A stretch of 55,070 bases of DNA, the filler included, from Sphacelaria rigidula (Eukaryota): assembly GCA_964200075.2 (NCBI GenBank). It is 6 parts of 6 records of this genome, joined end to end, with 100 filler letters (N's around TTAATTAATTAA, not from the genome) between each part and the next. Parts side by side here need not be neighbours in the genome. Positions count along the whole stretch, not along the records: positions 1 to 9,096 come from CAXNAA020009311.1; positions 9,197 to 18,292 come from CAXNAA020009312.1; 4 more parts are not named here. The stretch is one strand, 5' to 3'. Made by a program: the position numbers and the translations under genes. Of the stretch, positions 1 to 12,475 are shown piece by piece. Numbering within the stretch: position 1 is the stretch's first letter; each line of letters opens with the position of its first letter. The notes beneath the pieces were generated by a model that saw only the letters and a program-made list of their open reading frames with translations, searched no databases and was not told the DNA's origin.

Positions 1-329
1 CGTCACGTGGTCGTTTCATCGTTTCACATTTGTGTACAGACAGTAGCTAGTGTACAGCACTTTGATCTCACCCCACTTCTGTGCTTACCAGAACACCGCA
101 TGCAGCACTACAACTGTTCAGGCACTCTCCAGCGCACATCACGCCATGTTTCTCGTAGAGTGTTCAAATGCACAACTGCACAGCGGCAGCTACAGCATAG
201 AAAGGATGGGTGTGGGAAGCGCCTTGCTCGTTTGACTAAATATTCTCAAAAAAACATTGCTGTGTTGTCGTAGTAGTACAGCAGCAGCAGCTGGACACTA
301 TTAATTTTGCAACAAGAGAAGCTGACGCA

Positions 330-606
330 TACTGTATACAGTCCGTGTTCAGGTTCTAAAAAACACTGCAGAATTACTGTGTTGTGTTCAGTGTAGCACT
401 ATGTACTCCATATAACACTGCAGAATCGTGTGGCGTTCAGTGTAGTATACTGTACTCCATAAAATGGGGTCAGATTTTGGGCAGTTTTTGAAAAGTTCTG
501 CTTGTTTTTTGAAAACTATTCTGAAAAAACGAGACAGTTTTCTGTCACAGAAATCCAATGACGAATCTGGAATAGCCTGAGACAACAACCAATTTGGAAA
601 TTGGAA
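330..606 (-). repeat. Dispersed repeat (probable TE fragment), homologous to 50548-50840
   Basis: The reverse complement shares GTTGTTGTCTCAGGCTATTCCAGATTCG..CATTGGATTTCTGTGACAGAAAA..AATTCTGCAGTGTTTTT..AGAACCTGAA with 50548-50840. Confidence 0.85.
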
Positions 607-3600
607 CAAGCCATCTGCGTTTATTAATGATGGAATTCAAGGCCTAGTTACTCAAAGCACCCATCATCTCGATGCGCTGCACGGTCATCTCTACGACAGT
701 TTTTTGGCCCAATTGTGCTGAGGCTATCGCGTCATCACTTCCTCCCTGCAAGTGGTGATATGAACACGAATATACCACAGACCAGCTTCTTGTGTGTCAC
801 CAAGCACTGCGTCTTGGCCAACTCTCATGGGCCACACGGGAACAACCACCTCGACATAATGCGCTCGTCTTCACCCTCACACAGGGCGGCTTCGTTTCTC
901 GCTCCTTTTTCGTCGCCGTTTCATGCCGAATTCCCAGGTCTCCTGCTTTTTTTTGCTTTCTCTTGTCTCGACAATTCAAATCCCGTCTGCACAAGGTGTG
1001 GAACAAATCTACAGCACCTTCGTGACGCAATACGAGCCACTATTCCGGCGGAGCGCACACCGTCATCATCACGTATCGTATCATAGAACTGCTGCCCCCG
1101 CCTGCATCCAAGGTCAGTAATTTCGTCCCGTGTGAAAATAACTTGGTATGACTACGATATGGCGGGAATAACGAGCAAAGTGCCTTGCATGCCCCCCCAC
1201 TCCCCCGCAAAAAAGGTCAATGGGAACGGTGGTCCATCTCATAATGGATGCGCTTTTAGTGGCCAAATGATTAAGGCAAGCAACGAATGAGAACGCCCCC
1301 GCCCCGTCCCTCTGTCCTGGGTCCATCCCCCGTCCCTCCCTTCCCCCGGCAGGTTCAAGTCCTTGTTGGGAATTCCGGTCTAGGGTGCTTGAGGAGCCTG
1401 ATGCAAGCCCCTTTCTCACAAGAAAATTTCACGCAGCTTCGCACAGTTATATCGGAGATTCATGGGATTGAAATCATTCCAACGCATCACAGCTGTACAC
1501 CTCAACCACAGCGCTGCTAAGAATAGAATAGAATCACACTGCGTGAGCCCAGCACACCGTCGCCCATCCGCGGTATAATTGCAAACGCTGAGACTTCAAG
1601 CAAATAGCACGGACAAGTACCACACTAGACTCATGCACCATACCCACATTATACATCAGAGTTTTCCGGAAAATAACAGCGTCCATGCGTTACTTACAAG
1701 AAAATGGCCCCTGCATGATATATGCTGCTACCACCACCATAGTGAAAGTTGGAAAGCGACAGACACAAAGAGAAGACTGTTTTTGCGGACACAGGGCACC
1801 TACCTACCTACCCCTGAGCACGCACGGTTTCGCGTCTCAGCACAGTCCGTCTTACCGGAACGATCGTTATCCAAAAGGCCTCGCCATCAATATCGGTTGA
1901 AACACACACAAGAATCATGAAGATATCTCCATTCAAGAACTGCATCACTGACACAACTGCCCGAGAAATGAATAAATGAGTAAGTCAGATAGGATCGTGC
2001 AAAAGGCATGACGAGGAAATGGACGTTTGGTTTTTTCCTTCAATCAAAGGTGTGCTTGAGTAAGCCTCTGAATAAATCGCAAATACCCACGGCATTGGGC
2101 GTGACGAAGAACAGGGGGGTGCTTTTCACACACCCTGAGGTCACAAACCCAAAGGTCTTCATCAAAGGCTCCAAAGGGCATGGGCAGGATCCAGAACACA
2201 ATCCAACAGAGCAGTGTACATCAGTTCATTGTTCATATTCCAATAAGCTACCGAGTCAACACCCCGTGAGCAAGGACCGTCGGATCCGCACCGAACGAAC
2301 ACTACCCCCACTTTCACGTCAATGATTCGATTACCTGACTCGCAGTCTTCACCCAGAATCCTAACCTTGTACGACAGTAACGAACAACCATATGATACGA
2401 GGGGTTGCCGCTTGCCCACGAGTCTGCTGACCCACCTAATCGGCAATCAACTCCGTGCGTCCGACGTTTACGATGTTGGAGCCTCGGGGGGGGGGCACAG
2501 CGCTACATGGTGTGCTGTACATCACGAGGCCTCTTATGCACCTTTTGTGCTTGAGTGGACTGTGACCTCCCCATTTCACCGCGGTAGCGCTCGCCAGTAT
2601 CCCGCAAGTTACGCAGAACAATACCTGTCGATAGAGGGGCACGAAGAAACAGGGTAGACGCCTAAATATAACGGGAGACAAGATATCCTGGGGGAAGAGG
2701 GTGAGGTTCCAGATGCAGAGGCGCGTCGAGTAAAGTTTTGGTCGCGACTTGTTTCTTGAGAATGTCATCACCGTAACCCTCTGGAGCGAACACATTCGAT
2801 TCATTCCCCACCCTCCCCGTCTTGATAACCCAAGGCAAGCAACAAATAAGTACGCCCCCCCGTCCTACTACTCCCGTCATCAACATGGATTCAAGAAACG
2901 ACCGACGAAGCAATATCCTGTGGTTGAAGTCTTCACATTGGCACTATCCTGCCGCCCGTTCATGGTACCCAAACACGCACACACACTTTGTCTTCCATGT
3001 TTCAAACATCAACCTGTCAAAACGTAGTTTGCAGGTCACCACCTTGCTCGGACACAGGTGGTCTAGAGATCCAGTACCATGAACAACGTGAACCGCCGGG
3101 GCTGGAACACTGGACGGGCAGCTCGGTGGATCCCAAACTCCGTGACTTCGTACGCAACAAATAAATGGTGCTCGAGATTTGCTTAAAAACAACCTGATCG
3201 CAGTGTGACCACGGCTGGAACACTGGGGAACACTGGGGAACGAGTTAATGTGCGAGGCATTGAATCAATCATTCAATCAATGTGCTAATCAACTCTGGCA
3301 TTTGGATGTTTCTGTCAGTGTCCATCAGCGTTGCGAAGCACGCAGTTTTACACAGGTCGGCTCCTCCTGAGACGCCCGCTCGAGCTCTGCCATCATACCC
3401 TGACAGGGCGAAGATGCTGTGTATGATCTCCTCCACTCACCAGAGATGGGCTTGGTGACCAGAAAGTCGGTGGCCACGCAGTGATGTCTCATGCGCGGGT
3501 GGATGGGTGAAAGGGGCGATTTCCACGACAAAGAGAACATATGTCAACAAGCCGAGAACGAAGATCAGGAACATGTCATGTCCGCCTGAGACGCCCACAA

Positions 3601-3806
3601 CTTGTGCATCCATATTCGGAATTGCCGTTCGGATTCCAGTGAGCCGAAAATCTCAGTTCGGAGTATTGGGAGTAGGGTACAATTGCCGTCCAAATCTCGG
3701 GGGGCAGGCAGTTATTTATAGGCAGAGAGAGCATCGGAGTTTCATCCCCTGAATGACACGCCGGGTCTGGGCGTTGTGTTGGGTGAACAGCGAATAAACC
3801 CGTTAA

Positions 3807-4024
3807 CCCTTTTGGAACCGTTGATGGAAAAATGACGATTTACAACTGACGTTTTCTTTGGCAAAATAGTGTTGTTCTTCTTCAACTGTTGGTGATGCAG
3901 GCCACCAAAACGGTGCACCACTCTAAGTTCAGGTATACGGATGTAACAGATGCGAGGACCGAACTCGAAGTGACGAAAGCTCGCATATGGGAGTTTGTAC
4001 TGTTTTTCGCAAGTTCCAGAAGGG
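3807..4024. mobile_element. piggyBac-like MITE
   Basis: TTAA|CCCTTTTGGAAC ... GTTCCAGAAGGG|TTCA; TIRs match at 11/12, with CCC termini and a TTAA(-like) target site. Confidence 0.65.
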
Positions 4025-4459
4025 TTCAGAATCAATCATTCGGGCGCTAAATAACCAATTTTTCGGGTGCTATGGTTGCTGCTGCTGCTGGTTCGGGTGG
4101 TTCGGGTGGCGGCGCGCGCTAACTATATGAGGGTCAGGAGGTCCTCGAGTCGTTCATACCCTATAGAATATTTGCGCGCGTGTTGTACTCAACCTATTAT
4201 ATTTTCGGCACAAGCTTTTGTTTTTTCACACCCTAACCCCCGCCCCATCTCCCCTTCCTCGGAACGAGTCCATGATCTCAAAGGATCAACTCACTTCTCC
4301 TCACGTCCTCACGTAATCGACGGTGGAAATCCTTTACCGCATCCGGCGGAATCGAACCTATGATCTCTGCACCCTGATGGTGACAGTCTCAACATTAGAC
4401 CGCGGTTTTGCCCTGTACTTGACCCAGCATGTATTTTCAGCACACAACCTTTCTCTTCG

Positions 4460-4856
4460 AGGTTACCCGCGGGGTCGGCGGTATCCGCATGCACGAGTCC
4501 CACACTCCCACCAGGTGCGTTGTACTTTCTGCACTGCACGTAGCACTCCCTTGGTTCCCACGCCTCCTTTCGGAACAAAAATATTGTGGGAACCTCGCCG
4601 TCTCATCAAAGCTGTCGTAGTACTTGGAAAAACCACCCGCACTATCCTTCGTAGTGTACCCTCAATGTTTGCAACTCACGCAAGTATGTTGCGCCGGGTT
4701 CGGCACCAGAAAGATCCCGCCATAATTTTGTTCCGAGAGAAGGCGTGGCAGCCGAGTGAGTGCTACAATGCGTGTGAGGGAGTATAGAAAGTACAACGCA
4801 CCTGGTGGGAGTGTGGGGCTCGCGCACGAGGATACGGTCGATCCAGTGGCCAATCT
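4460..4856. repeat. Imperfect long inverted repeat (foldback), arms about 4460-4595 and 4708-4856
   Basis: CCCACACTCCCACCAGGTGCGTTGTACTTTCT on the left; AGAAAGTACAACGCACCTGGTGGGAGTGTGGG on the right; ORF translations mirror each other (YNAPGGSVGL on both strands). Confidence 0.85.
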
Positions 4857-5898
4857 CACACTGCGTAGACGTCAAGACATTTCATCGTCCCATCACAGCT
4901 ATACTATGTGGCAGGGTCTCCGGCACTTTCTCCCTGCTGCATATTTTGGCACGTGCAGTACTTAGTCTAGTATATTATCGGTGCACGACTTTGTTCATGG
5001 CACACCCTATCAGCACACTAGTTTTTCTTTTTCACGCTCTTAACCTCTCCCCCTCCTCGGGACCCATCCGTGGTCTCAACGTTGGGATCAACTCCTCTCT
5101 CCTCACACCCTCACGTTTTCGACGGTGGAATCCTATATTTCGCAGCCGGGGCACTCTGATGGTATGGTACCACGAGAACGACGATCGGCGGCGCATGGCC
5201 TTGGATTTTGGGATAAAAAATTGGCAGCAGAGAAACAACATGTAGGCCTACCATCGGATCAGAATTCAGAAAGTGTTTTTTTCACTTACTTTAGGGAATC
5301 TGAAAAAAAGGTGCGTCGCCTGGTGTTAGGCTACATCTCATGTATTAAAAAAAAAAAATCTTGAAAAGTGCATTTTTTGCCCTTCTTCGTCGTTTTTACC
5401 CCCGAAAAGAGGGCTCGGCGGATGTTGACACCTTGGAATGACTTGCTATACTCGCTAAGACCGTTCCAGAGCACCTTTGCGTTTTCCGCAGGTCACAGTT
5501 TCGTTTTGCGTCAAACTTGCATATTCAATTACAAACGATCAAGTCATGGAAAAATGGCAATTTCCCCCCTGTTTTTTTATTACTTTACCGTTTGTTGTTG
5601 AAAATGCAAGCTTGACCAAAAACAAAACTGTTAGACACGCCAATCGGGGCAAAAAAAGTGAATGGGCTCATCGAGGAAATCATTCCGACCACAGACACAA
5701 ATTCCCCTCTTCTTTTTTTGTTCTGGAATGCTCCGCCCAAATACACTTGCTATTACAATCCAATCTCTTGACGAGTTGGTCGCGCGCGCAGGCAACACCC
5801 TCCGTTTTTTCATCCCACATCCTGTTGCTGACCATCCACACGCACCCTATAGCGGTGGCCTCGTCCTCCTGCTTTGAAGGCGTACACTTCAAACCTGA

Positions 5899-5924
5899 AT
5901 ATATATATATATATATATATATAT
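5899..5924. repeat. (AT)n microsatellite
   Basis: About 13 AT units. Confidence 0.95.
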
Positions 5925-7579
5925 GATTTCCGGCTTACTGATCTGACCGCGGGACGTGCCCTGAAATCGCCGCTGCAGTATGATGCGTTGGGGTTGGGAG
6001 CACCCAACGCAAAAATCGGCGCTCGAATCGCGCTCGTAACCGTGGAGAACCGCCCGGATAAAACCGATCCCTCGATGGAGTATGTCCTGAGCAACGCACA
6101 GTCCCCAATAAATTCAAGTGGAAAATTATCACAGCCAGAAGGGGCTCGGGGGGAAACGTCGGGGGTCGGGGGGCAGATATGAATTGGTCGGCGAGTAACT
6201 TTAGTTCGGTGCGTGCGCATGTGCAAATATGATACACACAGATGTTTTCTGTCGAGGAAAGCTTCGCCGCTTGTGTACACAGCCGCACAAGGAACCCAAG
6301 GTGAAGAGCATGGCGTGTACTGGGACAGACAACATCATGGTGACCGAATTGCGCTCTCCTCTTCGTCTGTGGTGTTCTTGTATTGGTACCACCATGTTCG
6401 CCGTACCGGGTCTACAGCCTCTGTCCGTTGCGACTTAAGCTTGTACATTGGGAGTACACGGAGAAGTGTCTCTCACCCTCCACTCAACCCAGGGTCGGGC
6501 ATATGTTCTATCGGCATCCTTTTCACTTGAAGAATGAGAGCAAAACCCAGATGACCCAATCGGGTGTCGGAGGGTTCAACTTTAGAGCCGGTTATTTGTT
6601 GGAAGAGACGACCATCTCCAGAGATCTTGACTTGAAAGAAGAACTTAAGACACCATCCTGCCGATCAAGCGTCACTGTTGGAGCGGGCGGGAAGAGTGAC
6701 GATCTCTAACGGAGTGATCTGATACTCGACGATACCCACAGAAGGGAGGAATGCGGCGGGGGCACAGAGAAGATAACATTGTACTGTACTGCGCTGTACT
6801 GTACTGATTGTACTGTGCTGTACGGTGCACTTCGGCTTTGTCTATTTACAGACACGGCAGCCACCTCATGATGGGTCCGTTGTGTTTGTATGGGCATACT
6901 ATTTACTTCAAAAATGAAAGCCCACCGCAGCCCAAGAACTTTTTTTGCAACTGGAGGCAGGAAGGGATAGCGTCGGAGGGTTTCGTGTAGTCTGATCCTT
7001 GGTGATACCCGTAGACAAACGGAACGAACGCAATGGGTCGGAGAGAGAAGACAACACCGTACTGTAATATAAAGCATTGCACTGCTGTACTTGACTGTGC
7101 ATTTTCGATCGGCTTTGCCTCGACCTGTACAGACGGGCACCCCCAGCGTGGGTGATCTGCGTTGCACTGTCACACTTTTGACGTGAAAATGAATGATGAA
7201 GAGACCGTACGCGCGATGCAATGCAGCAAGGACGTGTGCGTGTCGTGGGTGCAGATGGCCTTCTGCGCTTTTTTCCCAACCGACCAGGCGGCCCATTCGC
7301 TTCTTCGCCGATCGACTGGGCGGATCACCATTTCATTGGCTTGTGCGATTTTCCAACAGGAAGATCTTACACACTCTTTGGAAAAAATCCTAAATATTTT
7401 GGTCTCGATTAGCATGTCTAACTGTGACCTACGGAAAACGCAATAGTGCTCTGGAACGGTCTCAGCGACTAGAGCAAGTCATCCAAAGGTGTCATCATCC
7501 GGCTAGCCCTCTTTTCGGGAGAAAAACGACAGAGAAGGGTCGAATATGCACTTTTCAACAAGTTTTCTTCCTTGATACA

Positions 7580-9026
7580 TACGAGCTGGGCCAGCCGAGA
7601 GGCGGATTTGAAGTTTGCAGGCCCATGCTTCCCCCCATATTTAGAGTTGGAGCGTAAAATTTGTTATGGACAATGTATAGGGCATGAAAAAAAACTACTT
7701 CGGTACCATTTTTTTTTGTTTTTCATGAGTTAAGGGCATTTTACTGATACCTGAAAACTGATGATTGCCCTCAACTCATGAAAAAAGGCTAAGACCAAAT
7801 GGTACCGACGTAATTTTTTTTCATGCACTATGCATTGTCCAACCCAAATTTTACGCTCCAACTGTAAATATTGGGCGGGGCATGGACCTTTGAAAAACCG
7901 GGTCGGTAGAAATTCGGAACAGTATTTTGCAGGCCACTCACCGGCCCACGTTTGGTTTTCGTGTTTTGAAATTTTGTGTGGGCGCTCTCTAAGGCATCAT
8001 TAACAAAACTCAGTGGGTCAGGTTTGTTTCAATTGTTCGTTTCACTGGCTTAGGGCGTTCTAGTGCGATAAAGACCAATTATTCACTAGAACGCCCTAAC
8101 CTCTACAAAAAATTGAAAAAATGAAGGCCCTTTTTTTTTCCGGCACACCTTCATGGTTCTCCATGCTAAGTTTCAAACGACAATTCTAAAAAGTGAGCTG
8201 AAACATTGAGATGAGGCTGAAGAGCAATGTTCATTTCTCCTCAAACCTCCACTGAAAACACGAAAAAAAATGAAGAAAAAAAAAAACGAAACGGTGACAA
8301 GCTGTTTTTATTATTTATATTATGCACTAGCGGTTCACCACACGAAATTTTATAGAACAACTCTCAAAAACTGAGACGTGATACCCAGATTTATAGGGTT
8401 GAGGACTGGCGCGTAGCGCCAGTACCAGATAAACTGGATGCGGAGAGCAGCCAGTTTACTGGGTCCTATCAGTAAATGGCGTCGAGGCGTCACCCCCCCG
8501 GCTGGTGAGGGGGCCCCGCCGGAAGCGTATTTTCACGCGATTTGGCTTCACTAGAAGATATTTTTGGGTTGACTTTGGGCCAATTCAATGATGCCTGCGC
8601 TGGTGTGAAAACGTTTCTTCTTCAAATAGTTGTTATAATAATATACCCAGAGAAAAACTTCAACAATCGTGATTTGCTGGAGGCCGCGGCGGGTTCAGGG
8701 AGCTGAGGCCCCGGGCTCGGGTCTGAAGCGGGCGGGCTGCTGCTGCTAGTGACATATTGGTCCATCGATTTTATGGTCTCCCTCTAGTGTGTGTGTGCCC
8801 TGTTCTCAACCTCTCTCTTCGCCTGCCTCTCATGCCGCGCAGTTTCGGTGGGTTTCCATGTGGTTTAGGAGGCATAGTATAGGACGTACGTAAGATGGGT
8901 ATGTACTGGCTGTACTGGCAGTCTCTGACGCAGTACAGGAAAAATGCCAGTATAGGAATACTGTCAGTAGATACTGATCCAGTCCCGAACCCTACAGATT
9001 TAGGGCATCTAGTGCCTCTGCTCGTA
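7580..9026. mobile_element. Probable non-autonomous TA-flanked TIR element (Tc1/mariner-like ends) with internal foldbacks and a nested hAT MITE
   Basis: Starts TACGAGCTGGGCCAG (second copy at 45723); ends GTGCCTCTGCTCGTA (partial TIR match); internal inverted arms about 7622-7740 and 7765-7886; perfect 16-bp IR at 8050-8065/8084-8099. Confidence 0.5.
8394..8994. mobile_element. hAT-type non-autonomous element (601 bp)
   Basis: TIRs TAGGGTTGAGGACTGG / CCAGTCCCGAACCCTA (14/16 match); perfect 8-bp TSD CAGATTTA at 8386-8393 and 8995-9002. Confidence 0.9.
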
Positions 9027-9096
9027 ATATATTGATTTTAGTATGGAAACTTATGTGTGCCATATCTCGGGATAGATAGCGAAGTAGGTGAAGGGG

Positions 9097-9196
9097 NNNN
9101 NNNNNNNNNNNNNNNNNNNNNNNNNNNNNNNNNNNNNNNNTTAATTAATTAANNNNNNNNNNNNNNNNNNNNNNNNNNNNNNNNNNNNNNNNNNNN
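9097..9196. other. Assembly spacer (N44-TTAATTAATTAA-N44) between contigs 1 and 2
   Basis: Exactly 100 bp; the central 12-mer gives stops in all six frames; identical to the other four spacers. Confidence 0.98.
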
Positions 9197-9690
9197 CATT
9201 TGAATGACAGCCAACAATGAGTTGCTTTATTTTGTGATATCGCCACTTCCAGAGACAGCCAGGGCTTCTACACTGCCTCATGGGTGCATACCAACCCCCC
9301 GAGGAGGGGGGGGGGGGGGAACGGGGGGGCTTTAATTGTACGTTCGAGACTGTGCTATAGCTACACCACGGGAATCATGTATCTCTGGTTTTTCATGTCC
9401 CAATACACTGCGCAATCGGTGCGCACACCAGGATACGGAGGGCCTCTTTGCTGTACCCTGAACCCGTTTTGCAACGCACAGTATGCTCATACGCTCCTCT
9501 GCTCTTTCATCACTCCAGATCCAATGCCGAGTTTTTTTCACGTGGATGCACATTTCCACCCTTCTCCAACTACTGGGTCACACACGACATGTTTTGCTTC
9601 TCGTATTGCCCCCTTTCCGCCCTTCTCCTCTCCCGCTTCCTCCGAACCGTTCCTCCTGCTGCTCCGCCTGGTAATATTTGCTACACAAAG

Positions 9691-9728
9691 ATAATGGAAG
9701 GGAGTGGCTCTGGGTTTGCTACGACATG
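9691..9728 (+). CDS. Coiled-coil protein, candidate internal exon (NGREWLWVCYDM)
   Basis: aaag| acceptor and |gtacga donor; ends in phase 0, matching the next exon. Confidence 0.45.
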
Positions 9729-9940
9729 GTACGAAATGGCTCAATTACTCAGCACACGATCGATCACGATCACATCGTGTGGTGCGTCTGCCTCGCTCCA
9801 CTCCTTCTCCCCCGCGCCCCCCTATGAGTTCAACGGTGTTATCACTCGGTATGGGAGATCATGACTACACCCCTACCCTCGCCCCCCCCCCCCCCCCCCC
9901 CGCGCCCTCGTTCACCCTATCGACGGGTATCCGAAAATAG

Positions 9941-10110
9941 GCGGAGGAAATGGAGAAGCTCCGTGTCCAGTTGAAGGAGGCGACGGCCAAGGTGGCATCG
10001 CTTGAGGCGGAGATGGTGGAGGCTGCGCGGGAGTTGGAGAAGGAAAGGGAGACGTGCCGTTTGGCGGCAAGCGAGTTGGACAGGGAAAAGCATGCTGCTG
10101 AGCAATTGAG
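9941..10110 (+). CDS. Coiled-coil protein, internal exon (AEEMEKLRVQLKEATAKVASLEAEMVEAARELEKERE...)
   Basis: tag| acceptor and |gtgtgt donor; heptad E/K/L/A-rich sequence; exits in phase 2. Confidence 0.8.
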
Positions 10111-10713
10111 GTGTGTTCGGTTGTTCGGCTGCATCAGTCTACCCGTGTATGTGCTGGGGTTTGGGTTAATCGGTGTTGATCGTGTGGTGTGCGTTTTTCG
10201 TTGTGTTGTTGAGAGAAGAGTGATGAGGGTAGGGTAGATGATTTCTGTTTTCCCTACTCCCCCCTGTGGAGTGCTCCGTCTCGAAAGGGATCCGTGGTCA
10301 ATATTCAAACGACTAAGGCAAGCAACAAATGAGTACGCCCCCCTGTGGAGGCGCTCCGTACGGTATGTCCCTGTAGAGTATCAAGGGGACTTGGCATGAG
10401 TGGGCAGGCGCGTGTGCGGAGCTGTGCTTGTGTGTTTTGTGTTTTTTGTGTGTGTGTTGCAGAGAGAAGTTGAAACATGTTTTGAGTTCCAGCAGGAAGA
10501 TGCTGCGGGAGTGGTTTCTTGTACTTGTGTGTGTTGGGTGCGCGTGTGTGTGTTTTTGTGGACCATGGTGTGGGTGTCGGGGGAGGGGAGCCAGCTCCAC
10601 GTTCGCATGCGAGTATGTTGTTATCAAGATAAAAAGGGAATTTATTGAGTATTTTTTCTTGTTCAGTGTAGCTGTATCCAACTTGTGTCCCTCCCTTCTT
10701 ATCGCCTCCATAG

Positions 10714-10826
10714 GGAAGAAGTTCGGGTGCTGCAGGCAACACCTTCCCCTCGGCCGGAGATGTTATCGAGTGGAGCAACGGGGGTAGCTGGAAGCGACGC
10801 CAGTGCTAGCGGCGCACCTCGACGTG
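10714..10826 (+). CDS. Coiled-coil protein, internal exon (EEVRVLQATPSPRPEML...)
   Basis: Pyrimidine tract plus catag| acceptor, |gtgggt donor; phase 2 in and phase 1 out fit both neighbours. Confidence 0.7.
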
Positions 10827-11684
10827 GTGGGTTCAATGATCGTTCAGGTGGAGAGATCTGTTGACCGAGAGGCTAGATATGTTGACCGAGAGGCTAGATC
10901 CGGTGCCCTGCGCTCGTGTTGATTCATCATTAAATTGAAATTGACACCATTCGGTTACAGTGTGAAGCTACAGTTAGAATTGCACAGTTGCCGGGTAACT
11001 TGCGAGAATTATCATATTTTAATCGATGTTTTGCCCGCGATTTTTGGCTCACCAAATGTGTGTTGATCACCTGTATCTTCAGTCTTCTGTGGCGTATACT
11101 TATACTCATATTGTGGCGGATAGTGTCGTGTTGAGCCTGAAGTTTATAGGGCGTTGTGCTTGAAGCAAGTGTCATAGGTATTGGTTCTCGTCTTGCTTGT
11201 TGATAGTATACGGGAGGTTGATCTGCAAACACAAGGGGGGGGGGGGGGGGGGTTCTTTCACAGCGAGCAACGAGCGATGCCATCGTGTTCCTGAATCATG
11301 ACACGAACAAGAAACTCTTTCATGTGTCATCTTCCACCCTCGAGAATGAGTGATCTGCAAGCGAAACAGTGTCCTTCATTTGTTGTCTTTTCGTGTCGTG
11401 TCACCGTCCACCCCCATGAGCAGGAGGTCCACGTCTCATGTATTTCTGCGTGGCTCTCTGACTCTAATTTCTGTATCTGGCTCTCTACTCCATTACAGTA
11501 CAAGAGATAGGTTCCTAAGTAAAAGAGTAGCGAAGCAAACCAGAGTCCAGATCACACTGTCCACGGGGAGGGAATTGATGAGGTCATGGTAAAGCGTGTT
11601 CGAGCAGCCTATGGTTATAGCCTATACATTCGATAAATCATTGTATTGCTGGAGATGAAGGTGAAAAGAGAAAACAAGTTCAAG

Positions 11685-11877
11685 TGTGTTGGCCGGGTAT
11701 TTCCTACATTTGGGTATTTGAAAAATCGTACTCTAAGTACCCAGAACTTGGGTGGGTAGCATTGCGATCGTACCCCATTTTACCCAATATTTCGGTAGAG
11801 TTTGGAAATGGTACTGTCGTAACACAAAGTTTGGGAGAGTAAATACCCGAGTATTTAACCTACCCAATACGTCCTTT
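11685..11877. repeat. Dispersed MITE-like repeat, homologous to about 30867-31080
   Basis: Shared GGGTATTTCCTACATTT..TTTGAAAAATCGTACTCT..ACCCAATAT..GGTAGAGTTTG..GAGAGTAAATAC. Confidence 0.8.
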
Positions 11878-12125
11878 AATAGTATGCTGTCCTTATCTTT
11901 GCTTCTTCTCTACCCCCCCCCCCCCCCCCCCCCCTCCTCCCTCCCCCTCCCCCTTCTTTTCTCCCTCTTCTCGCACTGTTGTGTCTCTAATTAAGCCACC
12001 CCTTCCCGTTCTCATAATGGGATAAGTAGTGAATTGTAGGGAGGTGAGAGGGAGTGGTACAGCACCAGGATCCAAATGACGGTCTTCCCGTTTCCCTCCT
12101 GTCCCACCCTCATCTTGTCAACCAG

Positions 12126-12475
12126 ACGGCGCCGGTGAAGGTGACACGGAAGACAGCTGGGGAGACGGAGACGTCGAGGTAGAATCCGCTGACACCTGCT
12201 GCGCCGCCAGCACTAACACCAACAGCTCCGGGGTGATAGTCGATGCCCCAAGCCCGACTCGGGACGCGCCGGAGGACAACCGCGGAATCGATGGTGACAG
12301 CACCGAGAAGCTTCAGGAGAAGGAAGACGACCCCAGAGCTGAAAAAGGAAGAGTTGTCGCCATTTCTGAGTCTCAGAGCGGGGAGGGCGTGGGCGATGAG
12401 GTGAAGGAAGGTGTGCGAGGGGACGCGGCGGACAGAGAGAGAGAAGGAGACGATGATTGGGAGGGGTGGGATTAG
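12126..12475 (+). CDS. Coiled-coil protein, terminal acidic exon ending DDDWEGWD*
   Basis: accag| acceptor, phase 1 in; open frame to TAG. Confidence 0.8.

Noticed and set aside
1087..6340. Candidate + strand micro-exons at 1087-1112 (tag|...|gtcagt) and from 6283 (cag|CCGCACAAG...)
   Set aside because: Splice signals are plausible but the frame is ambiguous and the peptides are unrecognisable; needs RNA-seq
6706..7296. 196-aa minus-strand ORF
   Set aside because: Runs through (CTGTA)n-type simple repeats; no protein-like features
9141..9152. Recurrent TTAATTAATTAA motif at about 9.2-kb period
   Set aside because: Synthetic six-frame-stop linker embedded in N runs
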